In this document: positions 1 through 38,611 of the stretch, piece after piece
How the letters are laid out: every line of letters begins with the position of its first letter
Numbering within the stretch: position 1 is the stretch's first letter
From: the human T2T-CHM13v2.0 reference genome, Homo sapiens
Assembly: GCF_009914755.1 (NCBI RefSeq)
Contig: NC_060944.1
DNA length: 64,000 bases
Direction: 5' to 3' (one strand)
Notes under the pieces: model-generated
What the model saw: the letters and a program-made list of their open reading frames with translations, nothing else
Database searches by the model: none
What the model was told of the DNA's origin: nothing
Made by a program: the position numbers and the translations under genes

Positions 1-101
1 TTGGAGGAAGAAAGAAAGAAGGAAAGGCCAGCTTTGAATTTCTGAATTAGATTAATGGGGTTGAGACTTTTTTTTTTTTTTAATTTTAACAAACAAGCTT
101 G

Positions 102-1292
<1,191 letters not shown>

Positions 1293-1324
1293 TCAACATT
1301 TGTATGTACCTGAGTATTCTCATT

Positions 1325-1825
1325 ACTATCCCTGCAGCACAAATGACTCCAAGCTTAATAGTATAAAACAGCAACCATTTAAAAGAGCAAATCCAAGACA
1401 ACTCGTCTGGACTCCACAATGCCTGGGGCCTCATTGGAAAGACTCAATCAGCAAGGAGTGACTTTGCAGGTTCTGGCTAAAATAATCTGAATGTTTGCTC
1501 ACTTGCATGTCTGGCAGGGCATGGCTGAGAACTCAGCTGAGCTGTTGGCTGGGACACCAACACATGGCCTCCAGAGTGCTGCTTGGGCTTCCTCACAGCA
1601 AGGCGGCCATGTTCTAACAGTGAGTATCCCATGAGAACCTGGGGGAAGCTATACTCTTATCATCTAGCCTTGGAAGTCACGTGATATCATTTCCACCACA
1701 ATCACAAACCCACCCAGATTCAAGGGGAGGGAACATAGGTCACACCTCAATGAGAGGAGTGTCAGTTGAATTATAAGAAAAGGGGAAAGGCAGATATTAT
1801 TGTGGCCATCTCTGGAAAATACAAG
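1325..1825 (-). mobile_element. Old MaLR LTR (MLT1 family)
   Basis: ctagccttggaagtcac...cccagattcaaggggaggg is typical of MLT1J/K-like consensus. Confidence 0.65.
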
Positions 1826-2576
1826 GCGCCACACTGGGCATAAAAGACTTTTTAATGTTTCTCAGGTAGTAGAGAGGATAAAAATGACCCTAGCCTTTGA
1901 ATCTGTTTGCATAGTTTGAAGAAAATTAATTACTATTCCTTTCTCTTTAGACGGGTAAAGGGGAAAGATAATCCTTTGTTTGTTAACATAGAGCCAAGAT
2001 AGAGAAAGTGAGAAGTATTGGTAAACATACATACTTTGATAATAATGGATCCTCCTTGAAACTCAATAATATATTCAATCTAAGCAAAGCAGCCTAGGGA
2101 AGAAGCTTAAGAAAAGCGAATTTGGCAAAGCCAAGTGTCAATGAAGCAGGAAGTCTCTCTGCAGAATCAGCCCCAAACGAATAAGAGAATTACTGGGTTT
2201 AATGTAGTACTAATGCCTAACATCCTTTTTTCTCCCCCAGAACCAAATTTTCTGTTTGGAAGTCTTAGTACAACCACACTTTGTAACTAGCCCAAGCAGA
2301 TATCTCTGCCCCAGTTTCTCCTCCTCTCTCTTCTCCTGCTTTCTCCAGCACCCAACTCTATCCAGACCCAAGGTCGATCTCAACTCCAAAAGGGTGAGTA
2401 CCTCTGATGAATGGCTAAAACAGAGTGCTTTTCCACCCCACTGCATTTCCTAGAAATTTCTGCTATAAGAGGTTCCTACCATCACCTGAAAATGTATAGT
2501 ATGATATAGCCCTTCCTTCTCAATTAGTTTTGGGTGTTCATAAATTACAGTACCAAAGGAATGCTCCTAATTACAA

Positions 2577-3737
<1,161 letters not shown>

Positions 3738-4092
3738 AATAGCTTTTTTTGGTGGTTGTTTGTTTTAGATATTGCATGAGGTTTATTGTGAAAGCTGGGA
3801 AGAATTAATTTCTACAAGTCTTTATGAACTGAGACTGGATCAATGTGATGGGGGTTTAAATGAAGTCCTGGGCAGTGCCTTCTGGAAGCAATACATGAAG
3901 AGATGAAGAACAAAATCCAAGATCACTGTCCTAAAATAAACTTTCCTTCTGCTTAGGGGCATAATGACTCACATAGGGTATAACATAAACATCGCATCTG
4001 ACACTTGAACTGCTTAAGTTTGTTATTGCAGGCCTGGATCATATTTATATAAATCTGAATACGCTTTCAATTTGGCCAGGAATTTGTTAACA

Positions 4093-4714
<622 letters not shown>

Positions 4715-4877
4715 TGTTGACACTTCTGACCCCAGGTTGTATGAAACAGTGATACATGCCATGTCAATAGACTATTCAAAACTCAAATATGATAACTGTG
4801 AAGTGGGAAGTTAGCCATGCCTCAATGCTACAGTTAGCTACAACTAAACAAATGGAATATTTTATTTTTCAAATCTT

Positions 4878-5131
4878 TGTTAGGGCATGTAAAAAATAGG
4901 ATTCTCTTGAGAAAGGCCCAACTCATGTTTTCTGTGTGCCCATTTAGACTCACTTGTGCCCTTCTCCATCCTGCTGTGTCCCTGGGCTTCACTGCCTTCC
5001 AGCTTAAGAATTTGGCAAATGGAGAACCCTTGCAGGCAATCAAAGGGAATGAAGAGGGTGACTTTCCTCACAAATAACCTGCTACTCAAATCCTGATTCA
5101 AGGTCTTCTTCTGGGAGAACCCAGTCTAAGA
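4878..5131 (+). mobile_element. ERVL-type LTR fragment (LTR16/LTR33-like)
   Basis: 3' end caaatcctg...cttctgggagaacccagtctaagaca. Confidence 0.5.
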
Positions 5132-5159
5132 CAGCATGTATCTAGGAGCTGCCCCCTCT

Positions 5160-5962
5160 TTAGGATGGGTCCTTGCAGACTTGCTTGTACCACCCATAGC
5201 CGTCTGGACCCAAGTTGGGCACCTGGCCCATGCTGTACCCATCAGATTCTCTCTTTCTCTCTCTCTTTTTTTTTTTTTTGAGACAGTCTCACACTGTCAC
5301 TCAGGCTGGAGTGCAGTGGTGCAATCTTGGCTCACAGCAACCTCCACCTCCCAAGTTCAAGCTATTCTCTTGTCTCAGCCTCCCAAGTAGCTGAGATTAC
5401 GGGCGCACCACCATGCCTGGCTAATTTTTGTATTTTTAGTAGAGACAGGGTTTCTACTAAAACAGTCAGCCATGTTGGCCAGGCTGGTCTCAAACTCCTG
5501 ACCTCAAGTGATCCACCTGTCTTGGCCTCTCAAAGTGCTGGGATTACAGGCGTGAGACACCGTGCATGGCCCTATCAGATTCTCTTTCCCTGAGTTTTTG
5601 TATGGGAACAGAGAGCACGTTGATTAGTGTCTGCAGAAGCCTGGAGCTTTCACATGTGAACTTGGAAACTTTGCAGGGACATAGTTTACCATGTGGGTAG
5701 GGAAAGCAAAGAAAGCCTTTCTGCAGAAAGGGAGAAAGAGAGAGAGACAGAGAGACAGACAGACAGACTAGGAGAGAGACAGGAGAATGGGCAAGAGAAT
5801 AAGAGATGAGAGATTGCTTTCTGTTCTAGGGTCCCTCCCTTTCTGAAACCCTCCTACATCCAGCTCCTGGTCTGTGAATGCTGCCAATATATGTACAATA
5901 AATTCCCTATTGTCTCTCAAGCTAGCTCAAATAACTTCTATTACATATCACCAAAGAGTCCG
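5160..5962 (+). mobile_element. MLT1-family LTR interrupted by an antisense Alu (5265-5571, TSD atcagattctct)
   Basis: MLT1-like 3' end aataaattccct...caccaaagagtcc; duplicated target site. Confidence 0.6.
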
Positions 5963-7139
5963 TTAGTCCAGAAAAGCATCATAAAATTACACTCTGATTC
6001 TCAGTGAGCCAGAAAGTTCTGCCCTCACTATGCCCCTTGTAAGAATTTCCTTCTCACAGCCCTGAAAGGGCAATGATTGTTAATCTCCCCACAGGTGAAT
6101 GAACAAGTCTTCCACTACCCTCCGGCATTCATAAAACCTGACTTGAAGACCTGGCTGGCCATAGAGTAAGGCCTTTGTGGTTCAAGACAATCCGGGGTGG
6201 AACAATGTATTTCCTAACTGCCTTAGCTAGAACTGCACAAGCTCATGAAGCAACCCCAAATTTAGAGATATGTGGCAGTAGGAGGGAAGGCAGGATATGC
6301 ACAGGCAAGAACAGACTGTGATGCCAATTCTGCAAGCTTCCTGACTCCTGCTTGCTGTCTACCAGGGTTGCCAGATCCTCAGCCTCGCTGTCTTTGTGAC
6401 TGGGCTGCTCGAAGCTGTGGCTATAACAGGCAGCTCTCAATGTCATGCTGACACTGGGGAGCAGCAGCACCTTGACACAAAATCTCTTCTTTCTCCCAGC
6501 CTGCCACAGTTCATGAGATCCTCATTATTGCGTTGTTCTTTTGCTTAAAGTATGATTGACAGAATGTCACTTTCAGAAGCACAGTGTATATTACAAAAGA
6601 ACAGAAAGAAGACTGGAAGCATAGTCACTACCTATATGTTCTGCTGCTCTGGGCCATGGAGCTGCTCAATGACCCCAGGTTTGGTCGCCAGAACCCTCAC
6701 TGCTACTTTATCCTCCATAGACATCCATCCACACAGACCTCTCCCACTGAAGTCCTGCCACCTCCCAGGAGCTCTTGCAGAGGCAGGGGCTGGATCCATC
6801 TCTTCTCCTAGTGTTGGGGGGTGAGTGTGTCCAGGGTGGGGAATCCATCATCGCACCCCTGATCTTATCCTAGAAAAAGAAAACTGCTTTCTCTTCCCTC
6901 TCTGGGACAATTGATATAATTCTTCTAGACAGACCAGCCCTCTTAAACAAAGGCCTGAGACTGGGGAATGTGTTCGGCCCCTATGTTCCTGGCCAAAGAA
7001 GCCCGGAAGTTTATCCTTTCGTTCCAGAATAGAGTGGCAGCAGGGAGATTTCTTTCTTGCTTTTTGGTGATGAGAGAAAGGATAGAAGCAAGGGATTACA
7101 GCAGAAACAATGAAAGGGCCGCAAACTCTGCTGGGCTTA

Positions 7140-7250
7140 GATTCATTCATTTGTTGAACAAATATCTGTTGAGTGTCTATACCAAGTACTGGGAATACAA
7201 AAACAAGGTCCTGCTCTTGTGAAACTTAGAGACTGAACAAGGAGATGGTT
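7140..7250 (-). mobile_element. L2 3' end fragment
   Basis: attcattcatttgttgaacaaatatctgttgagtg. Confidence 0.7.
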
Positions 7251-7274
7251 AGAAATCAGATAATCACTCCAAGA

Positions 7275-7487
7275 CAGCGGTTTTCAACCAGGGGGCAATT
7301 TTGCCCTCCAGGGGACATTTGGGAGTATCTGGAGACATTTTTGTCACAACTGCAGGGGCTGCTACTGACATCTAATAGGTAGAGGCCAAGGATGCTGCTG
7401 AACAGCCTACAATACACGGAACAACCCCTGTACAATAAAGAATGATCTGGCCCAAAATGCCAATAGTGCCAAGGCTGAGAAACCCTG
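7275..7487 (+). mobile_element. MER20 (hAT-Charlie MITE)
   Basis: cagcggttttcaaccagggggcaattttg...gctgagaaaccctg, full-length match to recalled consensus. Confidence 0.9.
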
Positions 7488-7495
7488 CACTAAGG

Positions 7496-7684
7496 CAGTG
7501 GTTATCAAAGTGTGCTCCACAGACAGGTGGCATCAGCATCGCCTGGGAACTTGTTGGAAATGCAGATTCTTCAGTCCTATTCTAAACCTACTGAATCAGA
7601 AATTCTGGAGGTGGAAGCCAGTGACCTATGTTTTAATGAGCCCTCCAGGGGATTCTGGTGCACACTAATGTTTGAGAACCACTT
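7496..7684 (+). mobile_element. MER5A (hAT-Charlie MITE)
   Basis: cagtggttatcaaagtgtg...tttgagaaccact. Confidence 0.9.
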
Positions 7685-7751
7685 AATTAAGGAATGGAAG
7701 GGATCTATCATTACAAACGGAGACAAATGTTCTGAAGGAAAAGGACTGTAC

Positions 7752-8170
<419 letters not shown>

Positions 8171-8232
8171 GGGGAGGTGGGTAGGGACCAGATCAAGAAA
8201 ACCACGAAGGGGGGTGGCATTCTAAGTAATTA

Positions 8233-8548
<316 letters not shown>

Positions 8549-8944
8549 CCCTAGAAGATAGGTGTTGTAGGGGAGAATGATGGAGATAAGGTTGTAGATA
8601 GGAAGATGGGAAGCTGAGGTACCTCATGCCTGAAAGCATCCATTTGTCCGGGTTGGCAGAGGTCAGAGAAGGAGGAAGACAATGGCTTTAGAAGATAGTG
8701 AAGGTTTAAAGCAGGCTTCATGGGACTGGAAGAGGGAGCTGACCAGGTACCAGTGCACAATTAACCGAGGTGCCAGGGTCTGCTTGAGGGTCAGTGGTCA
8801 CGTACGTGGCCACTAACTGCAGCTGTGTAGTACTCAGCAGTCTTGGTGTGGGGACTAGAAATATGAAGATTGGCTCAATCTATGAATTTTCTCCAAATTT
8901 CATTCCCTGCGACACAGCTCCTCTTTTAATTCTTCTGATTATAT

Positions 8945-9405
8945 GCTGGGGCAGAGACTGTTACTTGAACCCTATTATTCATTCTAACTTAACTGGGCAC
9001 ATGGCTTCCTTGAGTAAAGATTACATTTCTAAGCCTGTCTTCCAAGTTTGATGTGGTCACATGACAAAGTTCTGACTAAAAGGATATAACTGGAAGTTTT
9101 GTACATGATTTGATTACCAGTCCTTAAAGGGGCAGGCATGACCATCATTCTTTCTTCCTGTTTCCCCCTGGCTGGAATGCAGACACAATGGCTTGAACTC
9201 AAGCAACTGCTTTGGGTCATGAAGGGGAAACCACGTGTTTAAATGGCAAAGAAACAAGATAGAAGAAATCTTAGTCTGGTATGATAATGAAGCCTGTAAT
9301 CAGCACTGGACCAGCTGCCCCTGGTCCAGTGCTGATTTTTTTACATGAAGAAAAAATCTACATGCACAAGTTTTCTGTTATATGTAACTGAAGCTAATCC
9401 GAAAT
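8945..9405 (+). mobile_element. MLT1J-like LTR
   Basis: tgtggtcacatgacaaagttctg...ggctggaatgcagac...aacaagatagaag. Confidence 0.7.
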
Positions 9406-9759
9406 TGTCCGTTCTCCCTGCTCTCGTGGTCAGCCTCACCTGCATTTATATTCTGTCAATTCCAGATGCCTATGTCTTTCTCAACTCCCTGTTTCAGCTT
9501 CCTCTGGGTCTTTTTGAATACCTAACTCATGGTTTGACCTGGCATCAGCTCTGCTTGTTCAAATCTCTGATCAAAGGCATACCAAATTTGCCTCTGGGGC
9601 ATCTCTGTTTATATTTTACTTCTGATTAAATTGCAGTGGAAATCCCACAAATTATTTCTCACTTATTTTTGGTACTGCATCATTTTCATAGTGCTATCAA
9701 TAACTATGCCATCATGTTTTATAGAAGAAAACGTATGAATTCCTTTATATCTTGTGGGT

Positions 9760-10127
9760 GGAAAAAGGTATTTCTAACTCAAAGTTGAGATGTAATAAAA
9801 GATTAATAAATGTGATAATTTAAAAAGAAGAGGCCAGGCATGTTGGCTCACACCTGTAATCCTGGCACTTTGGGAGGCCAAGGCAGGCAGCTCACCTGAG
9901 GTCAGGAGTTTGAGACTAGCCTGGCCAACAAGGTGAAACCCCATCTCTACTAAAAATATAAAAATTAGCTAGGCATGGTGGCAGGCGCCTGTAATCCTAG
10001 TTACTTGGGAGGCTGAGGCAGGAGAATTGCTTCAATCTGGGAGGCCGAGGTTGTAGTCAGCCGAGATCGCGCCACTGCACTCCAGCCTGGGTGACAAAGC
10101 AAGGCTTCGTCTTAAAAAAAAAAAAAA

Positions 10128-10171
<44 letters not shown>

Positions 10172-10335
10172 GCACACAATAAAATGAAGAAATTTTGCAT
10201 GACAAAAAGTACAATAAGCAAACTAAAAAATAACCCCACCATAAATAAAGTCAAAAGACAGGTAAATGACTTGGAGGAAATAATTTGCAACATGTATTAC
10301 ATGTGTTATGGATAAAGGGATTAATCCCCTTATCT
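9760..10335 (+). mobile_element. Old L1M fragment interrupted by AluS (9832-10127)
   Basis: caccataaataaagtcaaaagaca...atttgcaacat...gataaagggattaat. Confidence 0.6.
10129..10178 (+). repeat. (CA)~19 microsatellite at an Alu tail
   Basis: Direct read. Confidence 0.95.
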
Positions 10336-10376
10336 GTCTATTGAACAAGTTGAGAGGGAGAAATTGGCTGGAGAAC

Positions 10377-10469
10377 AGAAAGGAAGAGAAGGGGAGGGAA
10401 AGGAAGAAAAGGGAAGAGAAGGAAGGGGAGAGGAGGGGAGGAGAGGAGAGGAGAAGGAAGGGAAGAAAA
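10377..10469 (+). repeat. 93-nt pure purine (GA-rich) tract
   Basis: Only A/G over the interval. Confidence 0.9.
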
Positions 10470-10952
10470 TGAACAGAGTGAGTATCCTGTGAACATGCTG
10501 GGACAGAGGATAGGGCATAGGAAGACAAAAAGGGACTGTCATCAACTTTGGTGCTAAACGAAGGGAAAGAGGAGCAGGTGGCCCAGATCTGGATGGGTTT
10601 GGATGTTTAATTGCATGAGGAAGCAAGTCAACAGCTGCGAAGGAGAAGAGGGAAATTTAAAATAATCCTGGTGGAGGGGAGGAGCCTGTATTTGGCTAAA
10701 AGACCAGACTCTGTTGAGTGAGTGCAGCTGGTGAGGATGAATTTACAAAGGAGTTGTTGTCCCTATGAGTGACTTTTCCCTGGCAGTTCTTGAGAATAGA
10801 GTTATTTGACTTTTTATTGTCTTCTCACGCAAAGGAGTCCCTTCTAATTTGACTTTGTCATTATGGGAACTTTTTCCCTACAGATCCATAAGGAGGAAAG
10901 AAATGAAGGGATGGTCAGCAAAAAGCAGTTTAATTACTACTAAAAATAGCAT

Positions 10953-16235
<5,283 letters not shown>

Positions 16236-16329
16236 ATCCACTCAAAGGTATTTGTCAAAAAAACAAGTGGATATTCAAAAAGAGAAAAAAAACTGAGTGA
16301 TTGTTACATCTTTGACAGTGAGATGTTTC

Positions 16330-20072
<3,743 letters not shown>

Positions 20073-20558
20073 TGCCTTGAGACTCATTAATTATTATACT
20101 TAACCCTTGAACTTTTGTGACGTTTCCTTATCTCTTTCTTAAAGCCAAGTCCTTAGATGAGAAAGTAATTAGATCAAGGTTCAGAATGGCAAAGAGAGAT
20201 AAGATAATTGCAAATAACATCATCCTACTTTGAAAGAGCTATTTTGGTCTTTCAACTAAAATGACTTTTTCTGCTGAAAGAGATTTGGCTGAAGTAGCTG
20301 GCTCAGCTGATGGCAGAGAATCAACAAAATATGAAGAGCTTCATAAAATTGTGGCATAACCCAATTTATGCAGCCATTATATAATCAATGGCAAAACAGA
20401 AGGGAATCTAAAACAATTTATAATTTACTTTGGGAATACAATAAACTATTTTGTTGTCTCTGGCAAGATTTTGTTGTGATGCTTATTTCAATTAGTTTTC
20501 ATTTCTTAGGCATGGACTAACTAAAAGTGTCAAGACAGTATGGTCGGAGGCATGCTTA

Positions 20559-21477
<919 letters not shown>

Positions 21478-21769
21478 CTTATGTGGCAAAAAAAGTCACT
21501 ATCGACTTCAGAAATTTGCACCAGCAGCCCACAGAAAGAAAAATAAGGCTCATCATGGAAAAGCCACAACAGAATAAATAAGAGTTAATTTATACCTAGA
21601 CTTTTTTTTCAAGCAAAGGTAGACACTAGCAAAGGCTTTAAGGTTTGTTTCACTGATAACAAGCCATGAAGAAGTCATGTTTCTGAGATTTCTTAGAGGG
21701 TATAAAGTTGAGTGGGTTGTGAATGAGGAGTGGGGAACAGGTGAGACCTGGGAAAAGACTTATTTATTC

Positions 21770-22502
<733 letters not shown>

Positions 22503-22599
22503 TTATGGGTTATTATTCCAATTTAGGCATCGATAGGAGGCTATGAGTATACACTACTCTTTCAAGAAAATGGTGAAAGGGGAAAAGAGCCCTCAGTTT

Positions 22600-23326
22600 T
22601 GTTAAATTTTATAAGAGGCAATTGATTTGGTCTGACCTCCTCCACTAGGCCCCAGCAGGCCAGGCCAAATCAGAACTGAGTTACTTGTGCTAAGTGCCAT
22701 GTAATCAAACTGAACTTTGAAACAAGCCCATCTTCCAGAAAACGGGAGATTCCAGTCAATCTGAGTAAATATAATAAGGAAGTCTTCTCTGTTTTAACCC
22801 TACAAGGAAAGTAACTTTGAAATGATCAATTTGCAGGGCCGGGTGCGGTGGCTCATGGCTGTAATCACAGCACTTTGGGAGGCCCAGGCGGGAAAATCAC
22901 TTGAGATCAGGAGTTCAAGACTAGTCTGGCCAACATGGCAAAACCCTGTCTCTACTAGAAATACAAAAATTAGCCGGGCATGGTGGTGCACGCCTGTGAT
23001 CCAGGTACTAGGGAGGCTGACACACAAGAATCACTTTAACTCAGGAGATGGAAGTTGAGATCGCACCAGGACACTCCAGCCTGGACGACAGAGTAAGACT
23101 GTCTCAAAAAAAAAAAGAAAAAAAAAAGGACGATCAATTTGCTTTTTGTTCAAATCTCTTTCTGCATTCTTTAGCCCCTTTTCTGCCTATGAAGCTAACC
23201 TTGTCTGCTCAGCTCATTGGAACATTCAATCTTATAGAATGAGATGCTGCCTGATTCTAGAATTGTAAACAAAAGCCAATTAGATCTTTAAGCTAAATCT
23301 TAATTTTGTAATTTTGTCTTTAGACA
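22600..23326 (+). mobile_element. ERV1/MER4-group solo LTR (subfamily uncertain) with an Alu inside (22837-23128)
   Basis: TG...CA termini, TSD gttt/gtct, Alu TSD gatcaatttgc. Confidence 0.65.
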
Positions 23327-23484
23327 GTCTCTTTTTTGTGGTCCTGCAGTTGTGGCAGTTATGTAGTTATCTGCATGCATCAGAATATTACAATATTTTC
23401 ATCCTCATCTTTAATTTCTACTTTTCATATTTTTAAAATGTAGACATTCAAGTTTATTTATTTATTTATTAAAACCATTTTGTA

Positions 23485-24520
<1,036 letters not shown>

Positions 24521-24699
24521 AACATTTAAATTTTTGAATATTTTTTCTGTTCCCTTAGGGTTTACCAAGCACATTTATCGACAAGCCTCCTCAGGAAATT
24601 GCCCAAAATAGCCACATGTGGCAAGCCTCATTGACAGGCCAAAAGCCTCAGTCAACATGGCCGCGACCGGCTTCCATTGCCCTTCACTGCCCGCAGTAA

Positions 24700-24845
24700 G
24701 GATGGCTCCGGTGACTTCCTTCGAACCTCACATTTCCCATAAAAAAGATGGCGCCATTGCTTCCGCGTTCCGGTTGCGGATGGTGAGTGTGTCGGGGGGC
24801 TTGGCGGCTTTTCTCCTCAGTTTTCTGGAGTGCTTTGGAGGAGAG
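24700..24845 (+). other. SHLD1: SHLD1 exon 1 (TSS uncertain) with two candidate donors: ATG|GTGAGT (24782/24783) and GAG|GTAAGC (24845/24846)
   Basis: Two near-consensus 5' splice sites 63 nt apart in the CpG-rich region; the TSS cannot be fixed from sequence alone. Confidence 0.7.
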
Positions 24846-24853
24846 GTAAGCGC

Positions 24854-24893
24854 GGGATGGGATGGGGGGGGGTTGGAGTGGTGGGGGCGGGGG
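24854..24893 (+). other. G-quadruplex motif at the start of intron 1
   Basis: GGGATGGGATGGGGGGGGGTTGGAGTGGTGGGGGCGGGGG, five runs of 3 or more G. Confidence 0.7.
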
Positions 24894-25204
24894 TCACAGC
24901 AATGCATCTGATCGTTCTCTCTCAATTAGGAAGTTATGGAGGCTTTCCTAGGCATGTCAGGATTTCCTGCTAGCTCCCCGCCCCTTCCGCCCCAACACAC
25001 GGTGTCTGCAGCCTGTGCTTTGGGGAATTTTGGGAATTTGTGGATAGTGAGTATGGATAAGCTTCGGTTTTGTTGTTTTTTTTTAAATTTTTTCAGTGAC
25101 CTGCCACTTCAGGAGGTTCTGCTAAAAAACCAACAAACAAAAAAACAGCTTTCTTGGGAAATTTCTATTCACCTACTAAGTAAAATTTGCCCATTTAAAG
25201 CGTA

Positions 25205-26020
<816 letters not shown>

Positions 26021-26027
26021 GTCAGAC

Positions 26028-30546
<4,519 letters not shown>

Positions 30547-30719
30547 TGGCTCATGTCTGTAATCCCAGCACTTCGGTAGGCCAAGGTGGGAGGATTGCTT
30601 GGGCCTAGGAGTTTGAGATCAGCCTGGGCAATATAGTGAGACCCCCATCTTTACAAAAAAAAAAAATTTTTAAGCATTATATTGATCTTTAGTGACCTAA
30701 ATATCAAAGATATTTCTAT

Positions 30720-32470
<1,751 letters not shown>

Positions 32471-32665
32471 TAGAAGCGTTATCCAGGAGAGGGAGATGCA
32501 CCTCTGCTGGAAGGAAGGACAAGTGCAGTGGGAGGAAGCAGGGTAAATTGGAGAACCTGAAGGAGGTCCATTATGTCAGATGCAGGGACAGTGAGGGGGC
32601 CTGAGGTACAAGCTAAGGTGGGGGGATTTGGGCTAGAGATGTTTCTTGGTGGTAATTAATGTCTC

Positions 32666-32759
32666 AGAGAAGGAAAGGGAAGGGAAGGGAGGGGAGGGGA
32701 GGGGAAGGGAGGGGGAGGGGAAGGAGAGGGGGAGGGGAAGGGAAAGGAAGGGAAGGAAG
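32666..32759 (+). repeat. 94-nt pure purine (GGAAG/GGAGG) tract
   Basis: Direct read. Confidence 0.92.
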
Positions 32760-32762
32760 TGA

Positions 32763-35206
<2,444 letters not shown>

Positions 35207-35437
35207 TTAGTATTCATTTAGTGAGACAGCCTGTTTCAGGTTGACACTTGTTCACCTAGAGCACAGCCAATCTGCCCTGTTTGGTGACTCACATGGAGAG
35301 TGAGGGGTGGTTGAGTTCATCTAGGCTGGGGTTTTGCCAAAGGGGTGTGATGAAAGGACAAAATGGGGAGGGGGAGGGAAGTTTAGGACATTAACAAGAT
35401 TATGGATCATAGAACGTACTGGATAAGGATGAAAGAA

Positions 35438-35805
35438 GCTGCAGCCATAAAAAACAATGAGTTCATGTCCTTTGCAGGGACATGGATGAAGCTGGAAGCC
35501 ATCATTCTCAGCAAACTAACACAGGAGCAGAAAACCAAACACCACATGTTCTCACTCATAAGTGGGAGTTGAACAGTGAGAACACAGGGACACAGGGAGG
35601 GGAACATCACACACTGGGGCCTGTCAGGGGTTAGGGTCAAGGGGAAAGAGAGCATTAAGACAAATATCTAATGCATGCAGGGCTTAAAACCTAGATGACG
35701 GGTTGATAGGTGCAGTAAACCACCATGGCACATGTATACCTACATAACAAATATGCACCTTCTGCGCATGTATCCCAGGACTTAAAGTAAAATTAAAAAA
35801 AAAAA
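35438..35805 (+). mobile_element. 5'-truncated L1PA7/8 3' end with poly(A)
   Basis: gcagccataaaaaacaatgagttcatgtcc...cttaaagtaaaatt(A)n; 13-bp TSD aaggatgaaagaa. Confidence 0.92.
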
Positions 35806-35941
35806 AAGGATGAAAGAAACAAAATGGCCCCTGGATGGGAAACAGAGGAGCAAGTGAACTAGAGGCAGGCTGAGAAGATAGGAGCCTGTAATTTGTTTCT
35901 TAATGATTACTATTTTACTTATCAGAGCTAGCCATCAGTGA

Positions 35942-38611
<2,670 letters not shown>

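Larger units (their letters stand above)
24590..25020 (+). promoter_or_regulatory. SHLD1: CpG-rich SHLD1 promoter with THAP1-like, YY1, ETS/GABPA and GC-box motifs
   Basis: Only non-repeat CpG-dense segment in the window. CTGCCCGCA (24687-24695) and TTGCCC (24599, 24677) are THAP1-type. AACATGGCCG (24654) and AAGATGGCGCC (24745) are YY1-type. TTCCGG (24768) is ETS; GC box CCCCGCCCC near 24976. THAP1/YY1/HCF1 control of SHLD1 is established. Confidence 0.85.

Noticed and set aside
6000-7140. Unique stretch with several overlapping 70-100 aa ORFs
   Set aside because: No recognisable protein similarity or convincing splice structure; ORF lengths are as expected by chance
24783-24820. Possible mini-intron GTGAGT...ctcctcag within exon 1
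   Set aside because: 38 nt is too short for normal human spliceosomal splicing
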